The notes: generated by a model from the letters alone, not told the origin. A DNA stretch of 64,000 nt from Candidatus Berkelbacteria bacterium CG10_big_fil_rev_8_21_14_0_10_43_13 (GCA_002773985.1 PEZW01000018.1:34240-98239); one strand, 5' to 3'; shown: positions 18,501 through 28,322, counted from the stretch's first letter. Translations and numbers: made by a program.

Positions 18501-20497
18501 GAAATCGAGACCGTTGGTGCGGTATTTAAAACATATTGTAGACTTAGATCACTCAGAGTCGGAGTGACACTTGTGTCTGTCGTCGAAAGAAATACTTTGT
18601 ATTTTAGCCATTCATCGTTTGTCCCGTCCGTCTGTGCAGAATTGATCGTTTCACCGCCAGCTGAGTTTGTATAAAAGTCGCCTGTACTAGTCGGTCCGAC
18701 AAAATCACTCCAGACACCTGGTGACCCAGTATCATCAACTGCAGTGCTGATCTGAAACTTAACATCAGTTCCAGCGGGCAAGCTTTCAGTCCAGCTGAGC
18801 TGGTTGAGGACGTCACCAGGATCAGATGAATCGTACGACGAAGAAATTAAAGTGCCGGAGGCCGCATACTGACTATAATTAATAGTAATGTCTGAAAGCA
18901 CAGATGTAGCAGATGGATTTGTTGTAGATAAAAATGCCTTGTATTGAAAATATTGGTTGCCGTTTAGACTAGAATCGATTACTGTACCGCTCGAAGTAAA
19001 ATATGTACCTGAGGTACCATCAGGACCAATAAAGCTCCAGGTTGCGTTATCATTATTGCCGGCAATTTGGAATTTAATCTCAGTATTACTGGGAGCTGTG
19101 GTATTAAAATCCAGATTACCAACAATCACTTTCCCGCTCAAATCGATGCTCTGAGAAATAAAATTACCGGAACTTTCATAGCCCTCAACTTTGTATGCGT
19201 ATAAAACAGGACTATCGGGAACACCAGTCATCCAATAGATATTTCCATTTGTATACACAAAATTACCAGACCAGGCTCGAGTCAACGCTGTCAAATCGGT
19301 TTTAGCTGACCAAGAGTCTCCAGCTACATCATATTGCCAGAAAGTACTTGTTCCATTACCTTTGTTAAAATATAAATAATCACCAGCGTTGACTAAAAAG
19401 GAACCGAGTCTATCGTTTGTCTCTGGAATCACTGCGAGATTTGTAGTCCAAGTCTCAAGAGTCAGATCGTAATATCCGAAGGTTGTATTATCCGAGCTAA
19501 CCTTGGTCGCATAAAGCTTGCCGTTATAGGGTGCAATATTGAAACCTACCCCTGCAGCATTTGAAGGTAGTGATACGCTGACCCAACTATCGGTCGCAAT
19601 TGTATAAACATAAAGAGAAGTTGCTGTACCTTCATATAAATAAATTTTTCCTTGGTAATAAATGCTTTGTAAATTCTGCGCGTAATTAGAGTTGTTACAA
19701 CTCGAACAAGCGGTTAAATCACCCCAAGAATCAGAGCTAATGTCATATTTATAAAAAGTATTGTTGACCAGATTGTACCAATAAATATCTGTACCATCAG
19801 AAGAAAGAGTCCCTTCGTTGGTTGCTGCCGGGGTAGTAGTTTGTGTTGACCATGTCCCCGCATCACTATCATAAGCATAGATATTGCTTGTATTATTATT
19901 TTGGTGTGTATAGATGACATTACCAATATTGGTCAATGTTCCTACACCAGCAGTATCTGCCGGGCCATTTGTCGTTGTCATAGCAGACCATGCGTTTGCC
20001 CCACTAAGGGCGGCTAGTTGGACAACGGCACTATCGCCACTGCCTGAGCTAGCAGTGCCACTATCAGTACCGGCACCAAAATCTGTATCATTTGTTTCCG
20101 TCGCAGAGCCAGCACTACTGGTCAAGGTTAGTTCTGTACCGGCAGTGACATCAGTGGCCGAATAATATTTTGTCCAGCCACTTTGGTTCGAAGTGTGATT
20201 CGCAGTTGAAACAGTATCGGCACCACCAGACCAGTTAGTTTGTAAAAAAATATATGATGTCGCCCTTGCAAAACCAGCTGGAAATAATAATGAGAATGTG
20301 CCTACGATTATAGCTATAAAAGCAGCAGTCAATCCCGTAAGATGAACTTTTTTGTGGTAGGGATGACGATGCCATTTATGATACATTTTGCTTTTACGCA
20401 GTAAAAAATTATGAAGTTTTTGAAAACACAAAAACCGCGCCCGTGAAGGCTCTTTCGTATAATCAAAACCTCTCCTGAGTCGACTGACTCCCCTCAT
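15485..20497 (-). CDS. Large surface protein: kelch-like repeats plus multiple FN3-like domains
   Basis: Basic leader and TM helix, Ser/Thr-rich, repeated YD..SDSW and W.T...S.V.Y...H.V.L..L...T.YY.V.S.D..GN units. Confidence 0.85.
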   Translation of the reverse strand: MRGVSRLRRGFDYTKEPSRARFLCFQKLHNFLLRKSKMYHKWHRHPYHKKVHLTGLTAAFIAIIVGTFSLLFPAGFARATSYIFLQTNWSGGADTVSTANHTSNQSGWTKYYSATDVTAGTELTLTSSAGSATETNDTDFGAGTDSGTASSGSGDSAVVQLAALSGANAWSAMTTTNGPADTAGVGTLTNIGNVIYTHQNNNTSNIYAYDSDAGTWSTQTTTPAATNEGTLSSDGTDIYWYNLVNNTFYKYDISSDSWGDLTACSSCNNSNYAQNLQSIYYQGKIYLYEGTATSLYVYTIATDSWVSVSLPSNAAGVGFNIAPYNGKLYATKVSSDNTTFGYYDLTLETWTTNLAVIPETNDRLGSFLVNAGDYLYFNKGNGTSTFWQYDVAGDSWSAKTDLTALTRAWSGNFVYTNGNIYWMTGVPDSPVLYAYKVEGYESSGNFISQSIDLSGKVIVGNLDFNTTAPSNTEIKFQIAGNNDNATWSFIGPDGTSGTYFTSSGTVIDSSLNGNQYFQYKAFLSTTNPSATSVLSDITINYSQYAASGTLISSSYDSSDPGDVLNQLSWTESLPAGTDVKFQISTAVDDTGSPGVWSDFVGPTSTGDFYTNSAGGETINSAQTDGTNDEWLKYKVFLSTTDTSVTPTLSDLSLQYVLNTAPTVSISNSPTESSAGVYTINYNLSDPEESTASIYLTAGFGAILGGDITSSGTSATLTADDASAYTFLPTGGGTILVGSEMITYTSRSGTALSGLSRAQLSTTAASHSTSDAIYLRVSAGVSGDVGTVATGTGKSISWTLSSDISGIESSSATIKLVANDGNSANQFSSDETSALTMDSKAPTSTSVILNSRTDTLTLAATDGNSVSMKISNSADLSADVNNTDSGNWISYASSKSWSASAAVDRTESIYVSYKDQYGNTAATVSTTTAQNPTNVLIQDTSNSSTSDWRLFISWDVVTTPTEGFNYYQLYRSTDNNNFSTLAQVSNRLTNYYVDTSLDNATTYYYKLTVVDNHVNESNYSTPSSAAAAAAQSGTGLMPNGSGGGDYTGPAISSVAAGTPTTNSVVITWTTDELSNSTVGYSTDTNYATETGVPTMATSHSVTLANLTSNTTYYFRVISYDASNNKTTNTDAETQTFSTAADTTGPTISNINTVVGLTTAGVTWSTTESSNSVVNYGATGSLGSAETSATSVTGHAVTLSGLTSNTTYYFNVSSTDASSNTTTSDTSTFTTASAGTDTADVTAPTISSVTVSDITSSGATITFVSNEDSLGRVLYGVTTDYTYGANEGNNTYTKTKTVVIRGLTADTTYHYLVSASDESGNLNSNTDATFTTLTVRSSDTTFESAQSVINSVADPTLTVSGLGPKISSSGPTVIALSEKSFTVSWTTDTRSTGAVLYRLIGSNDDFATAGDTNYSRAHTVTVENLEPNQNYEYKIQSADVAGNMTSSSLYDVTMLTGTISSVSVNNIETTKVSISWNTASLSTGIVEYNSDLSTKPLSVADNNLGRTHTVALSNLSDDSRYSFNIVMRTEKGDTVRSGSYNFSTSADGNTPVISKVENRSALVSGSQDKVQTVITWQTNKPADSQVVYAENSLSSKTVISTPLSSDLVKNHTVVLVDLKPSTVYQYYLLSNDKAGNVAKSDKYMLLTPTRNASIFDLILGGLKQAFSWTKNL

Positions 20498-20622
20498 TGA
20501 GTTCTGCCCGATTTAGCTATCTCTTTTCACTAACTAAATTATACTCTTTCCAGTCATTGCTTTCAATTAAATTTCTACGTCAAAAATACAGTCCTGCTGT
20601 TTATAAATCACAGAGTTCAAAC

Positions 20623-21450
20623 CTATTTCAATTTTTTGTTTTTTTCGACGGCAATCGCGCCATCCGGACAAAAACGAAAACAGTTGCCACAAGCAATGCA
20701 TTTTTCGAGATCAATTTCAGGCACCGGCGTGGCAAAAACACCGAGAGTGTCAGAAAATTTAAGAGCACCGACCGGGCATTTGACGATGCAAATACCACAA
20801 CCTTTGCATCGTTCCGGCAAGATCTGCGCGGTTTTTTCGGCATTTTTTATGATAATTTTACCAGTCGCAGGCTGAAAAGTCGGTCTGGAAAAATCCTTCA
20901 GTTCAAAAATATATTTTCGACCAGAAAGGTATGCCTGGCGACTTTTTTCTTTTATCTCTGGCGTTTTGAATTTTTTGCCGAGCAACTTCTCAATTTTTTG
21001 CCACACTTGATCCTCATCAAGATTAAGGACCCGACTTAGTTTTCCGGCAACAATCAGATTGAAGGCTTTTGGCGTAAATTTTTCTGTTGCAATCTGTGTC
21101 GCCGGAATACCAAAACTGTGAATCGCTTCATCAGGCAAGTCTCTAACTGAGACGGTAGAGGAATCGAAAACAACCTTTGTTTTTTTATTTATATATGCCA
21201 AAACACTCGCAACAGCCCGTTTCTGTAAAATAATGGCGTAATCAGCTGAATCAAAGCGAGGATAATAAATTTTTTCGTGCGACAAAATAATAAATGCGAC
21301 CGAGGGCGTACCGCGTTGTTCGACTCCAAAAACAGGAATGTATGATACATCTAACCCCTGTTCGGCTGCAACTTCCGTAATAACCTTGGCAATTGTCTGA
21401 ATCCCTTGTCCACCTTCACCGGCGAGAATAATTTTAGTCGTATCAATCAT
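20623..21450 (-). CDS. 2-oxoacid:ferredoxin oxidoreductase gamma subunit fused to 2x[4Fe-4S] delta domain
   Basis: AGEGGQGIQ, FGVEQRG, and two CxxCxxCxxxCP motifs. Confidence 0.92.
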   Translation of the reverse strand: MIDTTKIILAGEGGQGIQTIAKVITEVAAEQGLDVSYIPVFGVEQRGTPSVAFIILSHEKIYYPRFDSADYAIILQKRAVASVLAYINKKTKVVFDSSTVSVRDLPDEAIHSFGIPATQIATEKFTPKAFNLIVAGKLSRVLNLDEDQVWQKIEKLLGKKFKTPEIKEKSRQAYLSGRKYIFELKDFSRPTFQPATGKIIIKNAEKTAQILPERCKGCGICIVKCPVGALKFSDTLGVFATPVPEIDLEKCIACGNCFRFCPDGAIAVEKNKKLK

Positions 21451-22163
21451 TTTACCTCCCCGATTGGGTATGTTTTTTCCATCTCAAACGCCATATCCAG
21501 ACTGGCTTTGGCGCCCGTCTTCCAGTTGGTCGGACAGATCGATAATACCTCGACCAAGGCAAAATTATTATTTTCTTTTTGAGCCAAAATTGCTTTCTTT
21601 AGAGTTGATAATAAATGGATTGGATTTGTGACCGTCGTTCGGGCGATATATGCATCTTTGTGGGCCACATTGCGAATCAATTCAGGTCCCTTGAAACCAG
21701 CCCCCAACTCGGGTGATTTACCGACAGGCGAAGTCGGAGTGATCGTCCCGGGCAAAGTCGTGTAGGAGGATTGACCTCCCGTCATGGCAAAATTTTCATT
21801 GTTTATCACTATCACAGTGACAGGATTATTTCGATAGGCGGCGTGGATAATATTTTGCAAACCGATACCCCATGCGGCACCATCTCCCATATATGAGATG
21901 ACAATTCGCTTTGGCTTGACTAGTTTGTAGCCGACAAGGAGAGGCGTTGTCCGGCCGTGATGAGTCTGAATCGTCGGAACATCAAGAAAATTCCAAGCCA
22001 GGAGCGAGCAACCGATATCGACACCCATGGTGATCTCTTTTTGTATTCCGAGCCCATCAATGGCAAAACCAAGTTGTTTGAAAGTAATGCCGTGACCACA
22101 ACCCGGGCAAAAAAGATGCGGTTTCAGCTTGACGTTCCAACTTTTGGGTATTGTGCTAAGCAT
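21447..22163 (-). CDS. 2-oxoacid:ferredoxin oxidoreductase beta (TPP-binding) subunit
   Basis: FCPGCGHG, IGC, GDG...NN..FAMTGGQ, CPTNW. Confidence 0.93.
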   Translation of the reverse strand: MLSTIPKSWNVKLKPHLFCPGCGHGITFKQLGFAIDGLGIQKEITMGVDIGCSLLAWNFLDVPTIQTHHGRTTPLLVGYKLVKPKRIVISYMGDGAAWGIGLQNIIHAAYRNNPVTVIVINNENFAMTGGQSSYTTLPGTITPTSPVGKSPELGAGFKGPELIRNVAHKDAYIARTTVTNPIHLLSTLKKAILAQKENNNFALVEVLSICPTNWKTGAKASLDMAFEMEKTYPIGEVK

Positions 22164-23202
22164 TGTGTTTTTTGATCTCCTTTAATATTTCTTCCGGAGT
22201 GAAACCCTCTGCCGGTTTGCTGATCTGACTAATCTTGGCCTTGATGTTATGACCGGCCAATTCCGCCTTGGCAATAGTCCCAAGTTGGCCATATGCTGAT
22301 TCTACGATAAATATGTGTTTGGCACCTCTAGCCACAGTTCGGAGTGCCTCACCGTCAAACGGATTCAGAGTAATCGGACGGAATAATCCAATCCTAATTC
22401 GCTCATGGCGCATTTTCAAAACAGTTTCTTTGGTCGCACTGGCAACAAGTCCGTGAGCGATTACCAGATAGCGAGCATCATTTGTGTGAAATGACTCTGA
22501 TTCAACAATTTTGTTTTTATTTTTCTCCCAGTCTGTGATGTGATTGTTGAGTAAAGTATTGAGCTCCTCCTCTGAACTGAAGCAGTTGCGAAGCCAGGTC
22601 GGCGCGCCTGATTCTGACAAAATTGGTTTGGACTCAACCGGTTTTAGAAGTTTTTTTAGCTCGACTGTCGCCTTCATCTTACCGAGATAACCGTCGCCGA
22701 GTACAAATGTGGGAAAGCGATATTTCCAAGCCGCCGAGAAGGCCTTGATCACCAAACTATACATTTCCTCAACATTCGAAGCCGAATAGACAATTCGAAA
22801 TGAATCACCGTTGCCACCATGGATCGCTAGATTGACTTCTTGTTGAGAAAAATTGACTGTCCCTGTTGATGGACCGCCTCTCTGCATCATAATACCGACG
22901 AAGGGGAGACGCATATTTTCCGCCATCGCGACAGGGTCTTGGAGCAAAACATGACCGATACCGGCAGAGGCCGTAAAGGCTTTTGCCCCTCCTAGTACCG
23001 CACCGAGGACACCAAATCCCGCCGCAATCTCATCCTCAGTTTGTAAATATTGCAAACTTTTATCAGTGACAGTTTGAGCAATCCAGCCTTCAAGAATTTC
23101 AGTTGCCGGAGTGATCGGATAGCCAAACATAATCTTGGCCCCCGCATCGACAGCACCACGCACCGCCGCCTCATTTCCAGTTATAAATATTTTTTCTGCC
23201 AT
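22156..23202 (-). CDS. 2-oxoacid:ferredoxin oxidoreductase alpha subunit
   Basis: GNEA, GYPITPATE, EDEIAA, QRGGPSTG. Confidence 0.93.
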   Translation of the reverse strand: MAEKIFITGNEAAVRGAVDAGAKIMFGYPITPATEILEGWIAQTVTDKSLQYLQTEDEIAAGFGVLGAVLGGAKAFTASAGIGHVLLQDPVAMAENMRLPFVGIMMQRGGPSTGTVNFSQQEVNLAIHGGNGDSFRIVYSASNVEEMYSLVIKAFSAAWKYRFPTFVLGDGYLGKMKATVELKKLLKPVESKPILSESGAPTWLRNCFSSEEELNTLLNNHITDWEKNKNKIVESESFHTNDARYLVIAHGLVASATKETVLKMRHERIRIGLFRPITLNPFDGEALRTVARGAKHIFIVESAYGQLGTIAKAELAGHNIKAKISQISKPAEGFTPEEILKEIKKHNA

Positions 23203-23237
23203 ATCTAATGTCCTGTTGAAAAATAAAATTGAAAATC

Positions 23238-25241
23238 TTAACTAGTTATAATCCGAACATCCACCATCTCATAGCTGTCGTCAGTCACTATGATCGGATT
23301 GAAATCAACTTCCTTAATGTTTGAATAATTGTCGGCAAATGTCACCGCCTGACAAACAAGTTTCGACAACTTTTCTAAATTATACACCTTCTGTCCACGA
23401 GCACCAGCCAAGATTTTACCTATTTTTGTCGAAAGAATCAGATCAGTCGCCATTTTTTCAGTCAGGGGAGCTATAGCATAGCCGAAATCACCATAAATCT
23501 CAGAATAGATCCCGCCAGTACCAAAGAGGACTGTTGTTCCAACATTGCCATCTTTCTTAATTCCAAGAAGTAGCTCAAATTTACCCTTAATCATCTTGCC
23601 TGCCACCACCGGATAGCCAATTTTTTCTGCGGCCTTGATCAGGTCAGCCTCGCTTTGAATGTTTGTTGCCACTCCGCCTTCGTCCGTCTTGTGAGCAGTT
23701 TTATCAGCAACTTTGACCACGACCGGATAACCAATTTTGAGAGCCGCTTCCACTAATTCAGTTTTGTTCTGAGCCTTGTAGTAAGAAACTACAGGTAGAT
23801 CAAACTTTTTCAAGATAGGTTTCTCATCACCTGAATTGAAAACGTCGATCGCCGCAGTGGTAATTTTGACAGACTCTGACTCCGTCGAAAAATCGACCAG
23901 TGCGCGAATTGCGGTGACAGCTTCTTCTGGATACGAAAAACATGGTTTTGCTGCCTTTTCAATCAATTCCTTGGCAGTAGTAAGAATCTCACCACCGACA
24001 AAAGAAGCTAGTAAGGGCTTTTTACCATTAAAATTAACAACTACCTCAGCAGTGGCGACAATATCAGTCGAAGTCTGTGGTGTCAGAAGTAAGATAATTG
24101 CATCAACATTTTTGTCGGCAGAAATTATGTCTAGGGCCTTTTTGTAATCAATCGCTGTGGCATCGCCGAGCAAATCAACAGGATTTTTGAAACTAGCTTC
24201 AGATCGCATATTAGCTGACAACTTTCTGTTGGTCTCGTCACTAAATTCAGCCAACTCGAGGTGGGAGGCAGAGACGGCGTCAGAAGTTGCAATCGCCGGT
24301 CCGCCGGCATTAGTAATAATTGCTACTTTCTTTCCATTTACCTGTTTGCAACAACTAAATATTCGCGCTTTCAGCAATAAATCTTCTAAGTTGTCAGCCA
24401 AAATGACACCGGTCTGCTCGAGGTAGGTTTTGATCGCGACATAGGAAGTCACGACTGCACCTGTATGTGAGGCAGCCGCTTTGGCGCCCAGAGCACTTTT
24501 GCCACCAAAGAGAATGACCGTTGGCTTCTTTTTGGTATTTTCGTTCAGCAATTCTGTCAGCTCCGGTGTCACTTTTAAGCTCTCAATATAGCCAATAATA
24601 ACTTTAGTTTCTGGATCATCATATAGATATTTGAGAAGATCAACCTCACCAACCAAAGCCTTATTACCCAGTGAAAATATTTTAGAAAAACCGACCTGAG
24701 CTGAGTCAGACAAACTAATCATCGAGGAGATAATTGCTCCGGACTGAGACATGAAGGAAACAGCCCCTTTCTCAGGCATCCCCTTGGCAAAAGTAGCATT
24801 TAGCTTAATCTCAGTATTTATCAAGCCAAGACAGTTTGGCCCGATCAAAGTTACATCGTTTTGACGGCAGAATTTAACAACCTTGTCTTCAAGCTCCTTG
24901 CCCTCGCCGTTGATCTCAGAAAAACCGGCACTGATCACTACCACATTCCTGATATCAGCCGCGACACATTCGGCAAGAGCTGTCATCACAAAATCGCGGG
25001 GGATGACAATAATTGCTAGATTAACTGTCTTCTTTATCTCGGCGACAGACTTGAGAACTTTAAGACCAAGTATTTCGCCCCCCTTGGGATTGATGGGATA
25101 AACCTCACCAGTAAAACCAGCCGACTGGATATTTTGCAGTATCTGAAATCCGACCTTCTGGCTATGAGATGATGCTCCAATAATTGCAATCGATTTTGGC
25201 GAGATAGTTGATTTAATATTACTCATAAACATGATGCTCAA
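23238..25241 (-). CDS. ADP-forming acetate/acyl-CoA ligase (fused alpha-beta)
   Basis: PKSIAIIGAS, GPNCLG, SQSGA, AASHTG phospho-His, HKTDEGGV ATP-grasp. Confidence 0.92.
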   Translation of the reverse strand: MSIMFMSNIKSTISPKSIAIIGASSHSQKVGFQILQNIQSAGFTGEVYPINPKGGEILGLKVLKSVAEIKKTVNLAIIVIPRDFVMTALAECVAADIRNVVVISAGFSEINGEGKELEDKVVKFCRQNDVTLIGPNCLGLINTEIKLNATFAKGMPEKGAVSFMSQSGAIISSMISLSDSAQVGFSKIFSLGNKALVGEVDLLKYLYDDPETKVIIGYIESLKVTPELTELLNENTKKKPTVILFGGKSALGAKAAASHTGAVVTSYVAIKTYLEQTGVILADNLEDLLLKARIFSCCKQVNGKKVAIITNAGGPAIATSDAVSASHLELAEFSDETNRKLSANMRSEASFKNPVDLLGDATAIDYKKALDIISADKNVDAIILLLTPQTSTDIVATAEVVVNFNGKKPLLASFVGGEILTTAKELIEKAAKPCFSYPEEAVTAIRALVDFSTESESVKITTAAIDVFNSGDEKPILKKFDLPVVSYYKAQNKTELVEAALKIGYPVVVKVADKTAHKTDEGGVATNIQSEADLIKAAEKIGYPVVAGKMIKGKFELLLGIKKDGNVGTTVLFGTGGIYSEIYGDFGYAIAPLTEKMATDLILSTKIGKILAGARGQKVYNLEKLSKLVCQAVTFADNYSNIKEVDFNPIIVTDDSYEMVDVRIITS

Positions 25242-25258
25242 TTAATTTTTTAACGCTC

Positions 25259-26713
25259 TTAGTCTCCCGAAAGTAAAATTTTAAGCGCATCAAATACATT
25301 TGTCAAATCTGCCTTCGAATGGACGATTTCTTGCAGAAGTGTCTCACCTGATTTATGTTTTGTTTCAGCCGAGATAATAATAAATGGAAGATGAGACTGT
25401 CTCTGCTTCTCGTTCACCTGCTCAATCTTAGTATCTGCACCACCTTCCGCCCCACCGAAAGCCGAGCAAAAGACCACATAGCCAGAAGCGGCCAAGGCAT
25501 CCTTGACGATGCGACCAAGTGATTTATCCAGTAGTTTGACTTCGGTGACACACTCAGCAAACAAGCCCGCCTGACTAAATCGGTAAAGCGAGGGGAAATT
25601 AACGGTGATAAAGTCACACTGCTTCTGAGCAATCACCTGCAACGCCAGGTCAGTAATTTCCTCAGTAGTGCTGGTTTGCTTTTTTAGATGCGATTCCGAT
25701 CTAACTAGAGGGACTTTAATTTTTACGTGCCCAAGACCATCAAGATAATAGGTGTCTAGATTGTGCAAATTGTCCTGATCTGTCACTAGAGCCTGGTGAA
25801 GTCCTTGTTCATATAAAATGTTGGAAAGATATGACTGCAGATCCTTTTGAAAAAAATAATTAACTTTGGTGCGTAAATCGAATGGAAATTCTGAAATTGC
25901 CCAAAAATCCAAAAATGAAACGGCGCGCGAGGTTTTCTCGTTTGCAGACATAATGATTTCACGCAAAACATCAGTAAGTTGTGGAGAGGGTACAGACAAA
26001 AGAAACGGTAAATCAAAGCTGCTTATTTTGGGATTATGACGCAATTTGATAATAGTCGGGCTCATTTCAGCTGGTGTTTCTGACTTTTGCAATGCCAGCG
26101 CTTGCTTTGCAGACAACGCTGTCTGAGCTTTGCCAGACAAAAGCATTTTTACAATCAAAGCAGTGTTGTGTTTTTTCTTGTTTCCGCAGCCACTCAGACT
26201 AGCGATTTGACCATATTCAATTATTTTTAGACAATCTTCAATGGCAGATAAGCAGACAGCCGCATCTGCTTTTGTCGACACAGAGGAATCAAAGAACAGG
26301 TGAACGAAAAGACCAATAATAGAATTTCTTTTGGCGAACCTAGCTATTTCAGATAAGTTTTCAACTATTTCATCTAGATTATAGTTTGAAACCTGGGCGA
26401 GTATCTGGATTGAAGCGTTGTTTCGCTTTGCCGCATCTAAACTCGAGAGAAACCGCTGATTGTGTGACAGCGATTCCTGTGTCAAACGCACCCTGCTTTT
26501 GTTTGGTTGGCCGGTCGCTATCTCGGTATATCCAGTGTAGCAATCATCGTAAACACCTCTTTTTGATTGCAAAACAAGATGGCGATAGTCCTGCCAATAT
26601 TCTGAAAAAATAGCTGTTTGAGCTGCTGTAATTGCATTTCCCTGCCAGCTTGTGCTCAAGCCAAAACCGTCAGCAATTATTAATACAATAGGTTTTTTTT
26701 CTTTTTGTGTCAT
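25259..26713 (-). CDS. Degenerate iPGM paralog (probable pseudoenzyme)
   Basis: PIVLIIADGFG...GNAI start, collinear with iPGM, but catalytic motifs are lost. Confidence 0.75.
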   Translation of the reverse strand: MTQKEKKPIVLIIADGFGLSTSWQGNAITAAQTAIFSEYWQDYRHLVLQSKRGVYDDCYTGYTEIATGQPNKSRVRLTQESLSHNQRFLSSLDAAKRNNASIQILAQVSNYNLDEIVENLSEIARFAKRNSIIGLFVHLFFDSSVSTKADAAVCLSAIEDCLKIIEYGQIASLSGCGNKKKHNTALIVKMLLSGKAQTALSAKQALALQKSETPAEMSPTIIKLRHNPKISSFDLPFLLSVPSPQLTDVLREIIMSANEKTSRAVSFLDFWAISEFPFDLRTKVNYFFQKDLQSYLSNILYEQGLHQALVTDQDNLHNLDTYYLDGLGHVKIKVPLVRSESHLKKQTSTTEEITDLALQVIAQKQCDFITVNFPSLYRFSQAGLFAECVTEVKLLDKSLGRIVKDALAASGYVVFCSAFGGAEGGADTKIEQVNEKQRQSHLPFIIISAETKHKSGETLLQEIVHSKADLTNVFDALKILLSGD

Positions 26714-26714
26714 A

Positions 26715-28322
26715 TTAGTGCAGAACCAATGATTCAGCTTTTGTTTCACTTTTAAAGGGTATCTTCATCAGGTCCAATACTGTCGGGACAATGTTTGACA
26801 GGGAACCTCCACTTTTGAGCTTTGTTTTTGCGATTTGTTGATCGGCACTGACAATGATAAAAGGGACGGGATTTGTTGTGTGCTCTGTATCAGGCTCACC
26901 AGTGCGAGGATTGACCATCTGCTCAGCATTTCCATGATCAGCAAAGACAAAAACTGTGCCATTTTTCTGGAGCACAGTATTTAATATTTCTCCTAGACAC
27001 TTGTCAACAAATTCCACCGCTTTGACGGCGGCTTTCATATTACCAGTGTGCCCGACCATATCAGCGTTGGCAAAATTTACGATAAAAGTATCGTAGATAT
27101 TTTTATTGATTGCCTGTAGCAGTGTGTCTGTGACACCCTGTGCTGACATTTCCGGTTTCAAATCATATGTTGGCACATCGCGAGGGGAAGGAACCATTTT
27201 CCAATCTTCGCCAGGAAATGGCTTTTCACGGCCACCGTTCAGAAAATAAGTAACGTGGGCGTATTTTTCCGTTTCTGCTGTATGATATTGACGAAGATTA
27301 TTGAGCGATAATTGCTCAGCTAAAGGACTCATCACCTGTTGTGGTTCAAAGACATGATTTCCAAGCGTCGTGTCCCCATGCATGACAAAGGAAGCAAAAT
27401 AAAGATTTTTGAGCATCTTTCGGCCTGGCAACTTATCTCTCATGTCTGGTTCCAAAAAAGCATTTGTCAGCTCCCTTGCTCGATCAGCGCGATAATTGAA
27501 AAATACAACGCTGTCGTTGTCAGAGATAAGCTCGGCATGATTGTCTTTATTGATAATCACGCTTGGTTCGATAAATTCGTCGGTCATACCACGAGCATAT
27601 GATTTAGTGAAAATTTCACCGGCAGAACTAAATTTTGTGCCTTTACCTAGAGTCAATAAGTCATACGCCTCAGCGATTCGCTCCCAGCGATTATCGCGAT
27701 CCATCGCATAAAATCGGCCAATTATTGTCGAGATCTGGCCAACTCCGATCTCTCGCATCTGATTTTCAAGCTCCGCCAGTGTCTCAATACCAGTCATCGG
27801 CTCTGAATCACGACCATCAGTAAAAATATGCAAATAGACATTGCTAAAATTCATTTTTTTGCACAATCTCAAAATAGCATAAATATGGGAAATTTGACTG
27901 TGAGTACCAGTCTTTGAGAGAAGTCCCATCAAGTGCAGACGAGCATGGTTCTGCTGAGCTGAGTGGATAGCTCGATTCAAAACCTCATTTTTCTCGAAAC
28001 TGCCGTCTTCAATAAATTTATCAATAATTGATTGATCCTGATAAACCACGTGGCCAGCACCAATGTTTAGGTGTCCAGCCTCAGAATTTCCAGGGGATTC
28101 AGCCGGCAAACCAACCGCAGTTCCAGAAGCCTGGAGTGTTGTGTGCGGACACTTTTTTGTAATAGTGTTGTAGTTCTTTACCTCAGCAATACTGAGAGCA
28201 TTGCCACCCCAAACCGGAGCCACGCCCCAACCGTCTAATATAATCAAACCAAAAATATTCTTCTTTGTATTCGTGCCTAAAACCAAAATCCCTCCAAAAT
28301 CGTTTGCGATTTTGTCCTCCAT
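26715..28322 (-). CDS. gpmI: 2,3-bisphosphoglycerate-independent phosphoglycerate mutase
   Basis: ILDGWG, GNSEAGH, DGRD, GRFYAMDRD, ETEKYAHVT, DMVGHTG, ADHGNAE. Confidence 0.96.
   Translation of the reverse strand: MEDKIANDFGGILVLGTNTKKNIFGLIILDGWGVAPVWGGNALSIAEVKNYNTITKKCPHTTLQASGTAVGLPAESPGNSEAGHLNIGAGHVVYQDQSIIDKFIEDGSFEKNEVLNRAIHSAQQNHARLHLMGLLSKTGTHSQISHIYAILRLCKKMNFSNVYLHIFTDGRDSEPMTGIETLAELENQMREIGVGQISTIIGRFYAMDRDNRWERIAEAYDLLTLGKGTKFSSAGEIFTKSYARGMTDEFIEPSVIINKDNHAELISDNDSVVFFNYRADRARELTNAFLEPDMRDKLPGRKMLKNLYFASFVMHGDTTLGNHVFEPQQVMSPLAEQLSLNNLRQYHTAETEKYAHVTYFLNGGREKPFPGEDWKMVPSPRDVPTYDLKPEMSAQGVTDTLLQAINKNIYDTFIVNFANADMVGHTGNMKAAVKAVEFVDKCLGEILNTVLQKNGTVFVFADHGNAEQMVNPRTGEPDTEHTTNPVPFIIVSADQQIAKTKLKSGGSLSNIVPTVLDLMKIPFKSETKAESLVLH

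Noticed and set aside
20497-21039. 180-aa plus-strand ORF and other long antisense ORFs inside leuS, mreB, clpC and the surface protein
   Set aside because: Opposite-strand shadows of well-supported genes, without motifs.
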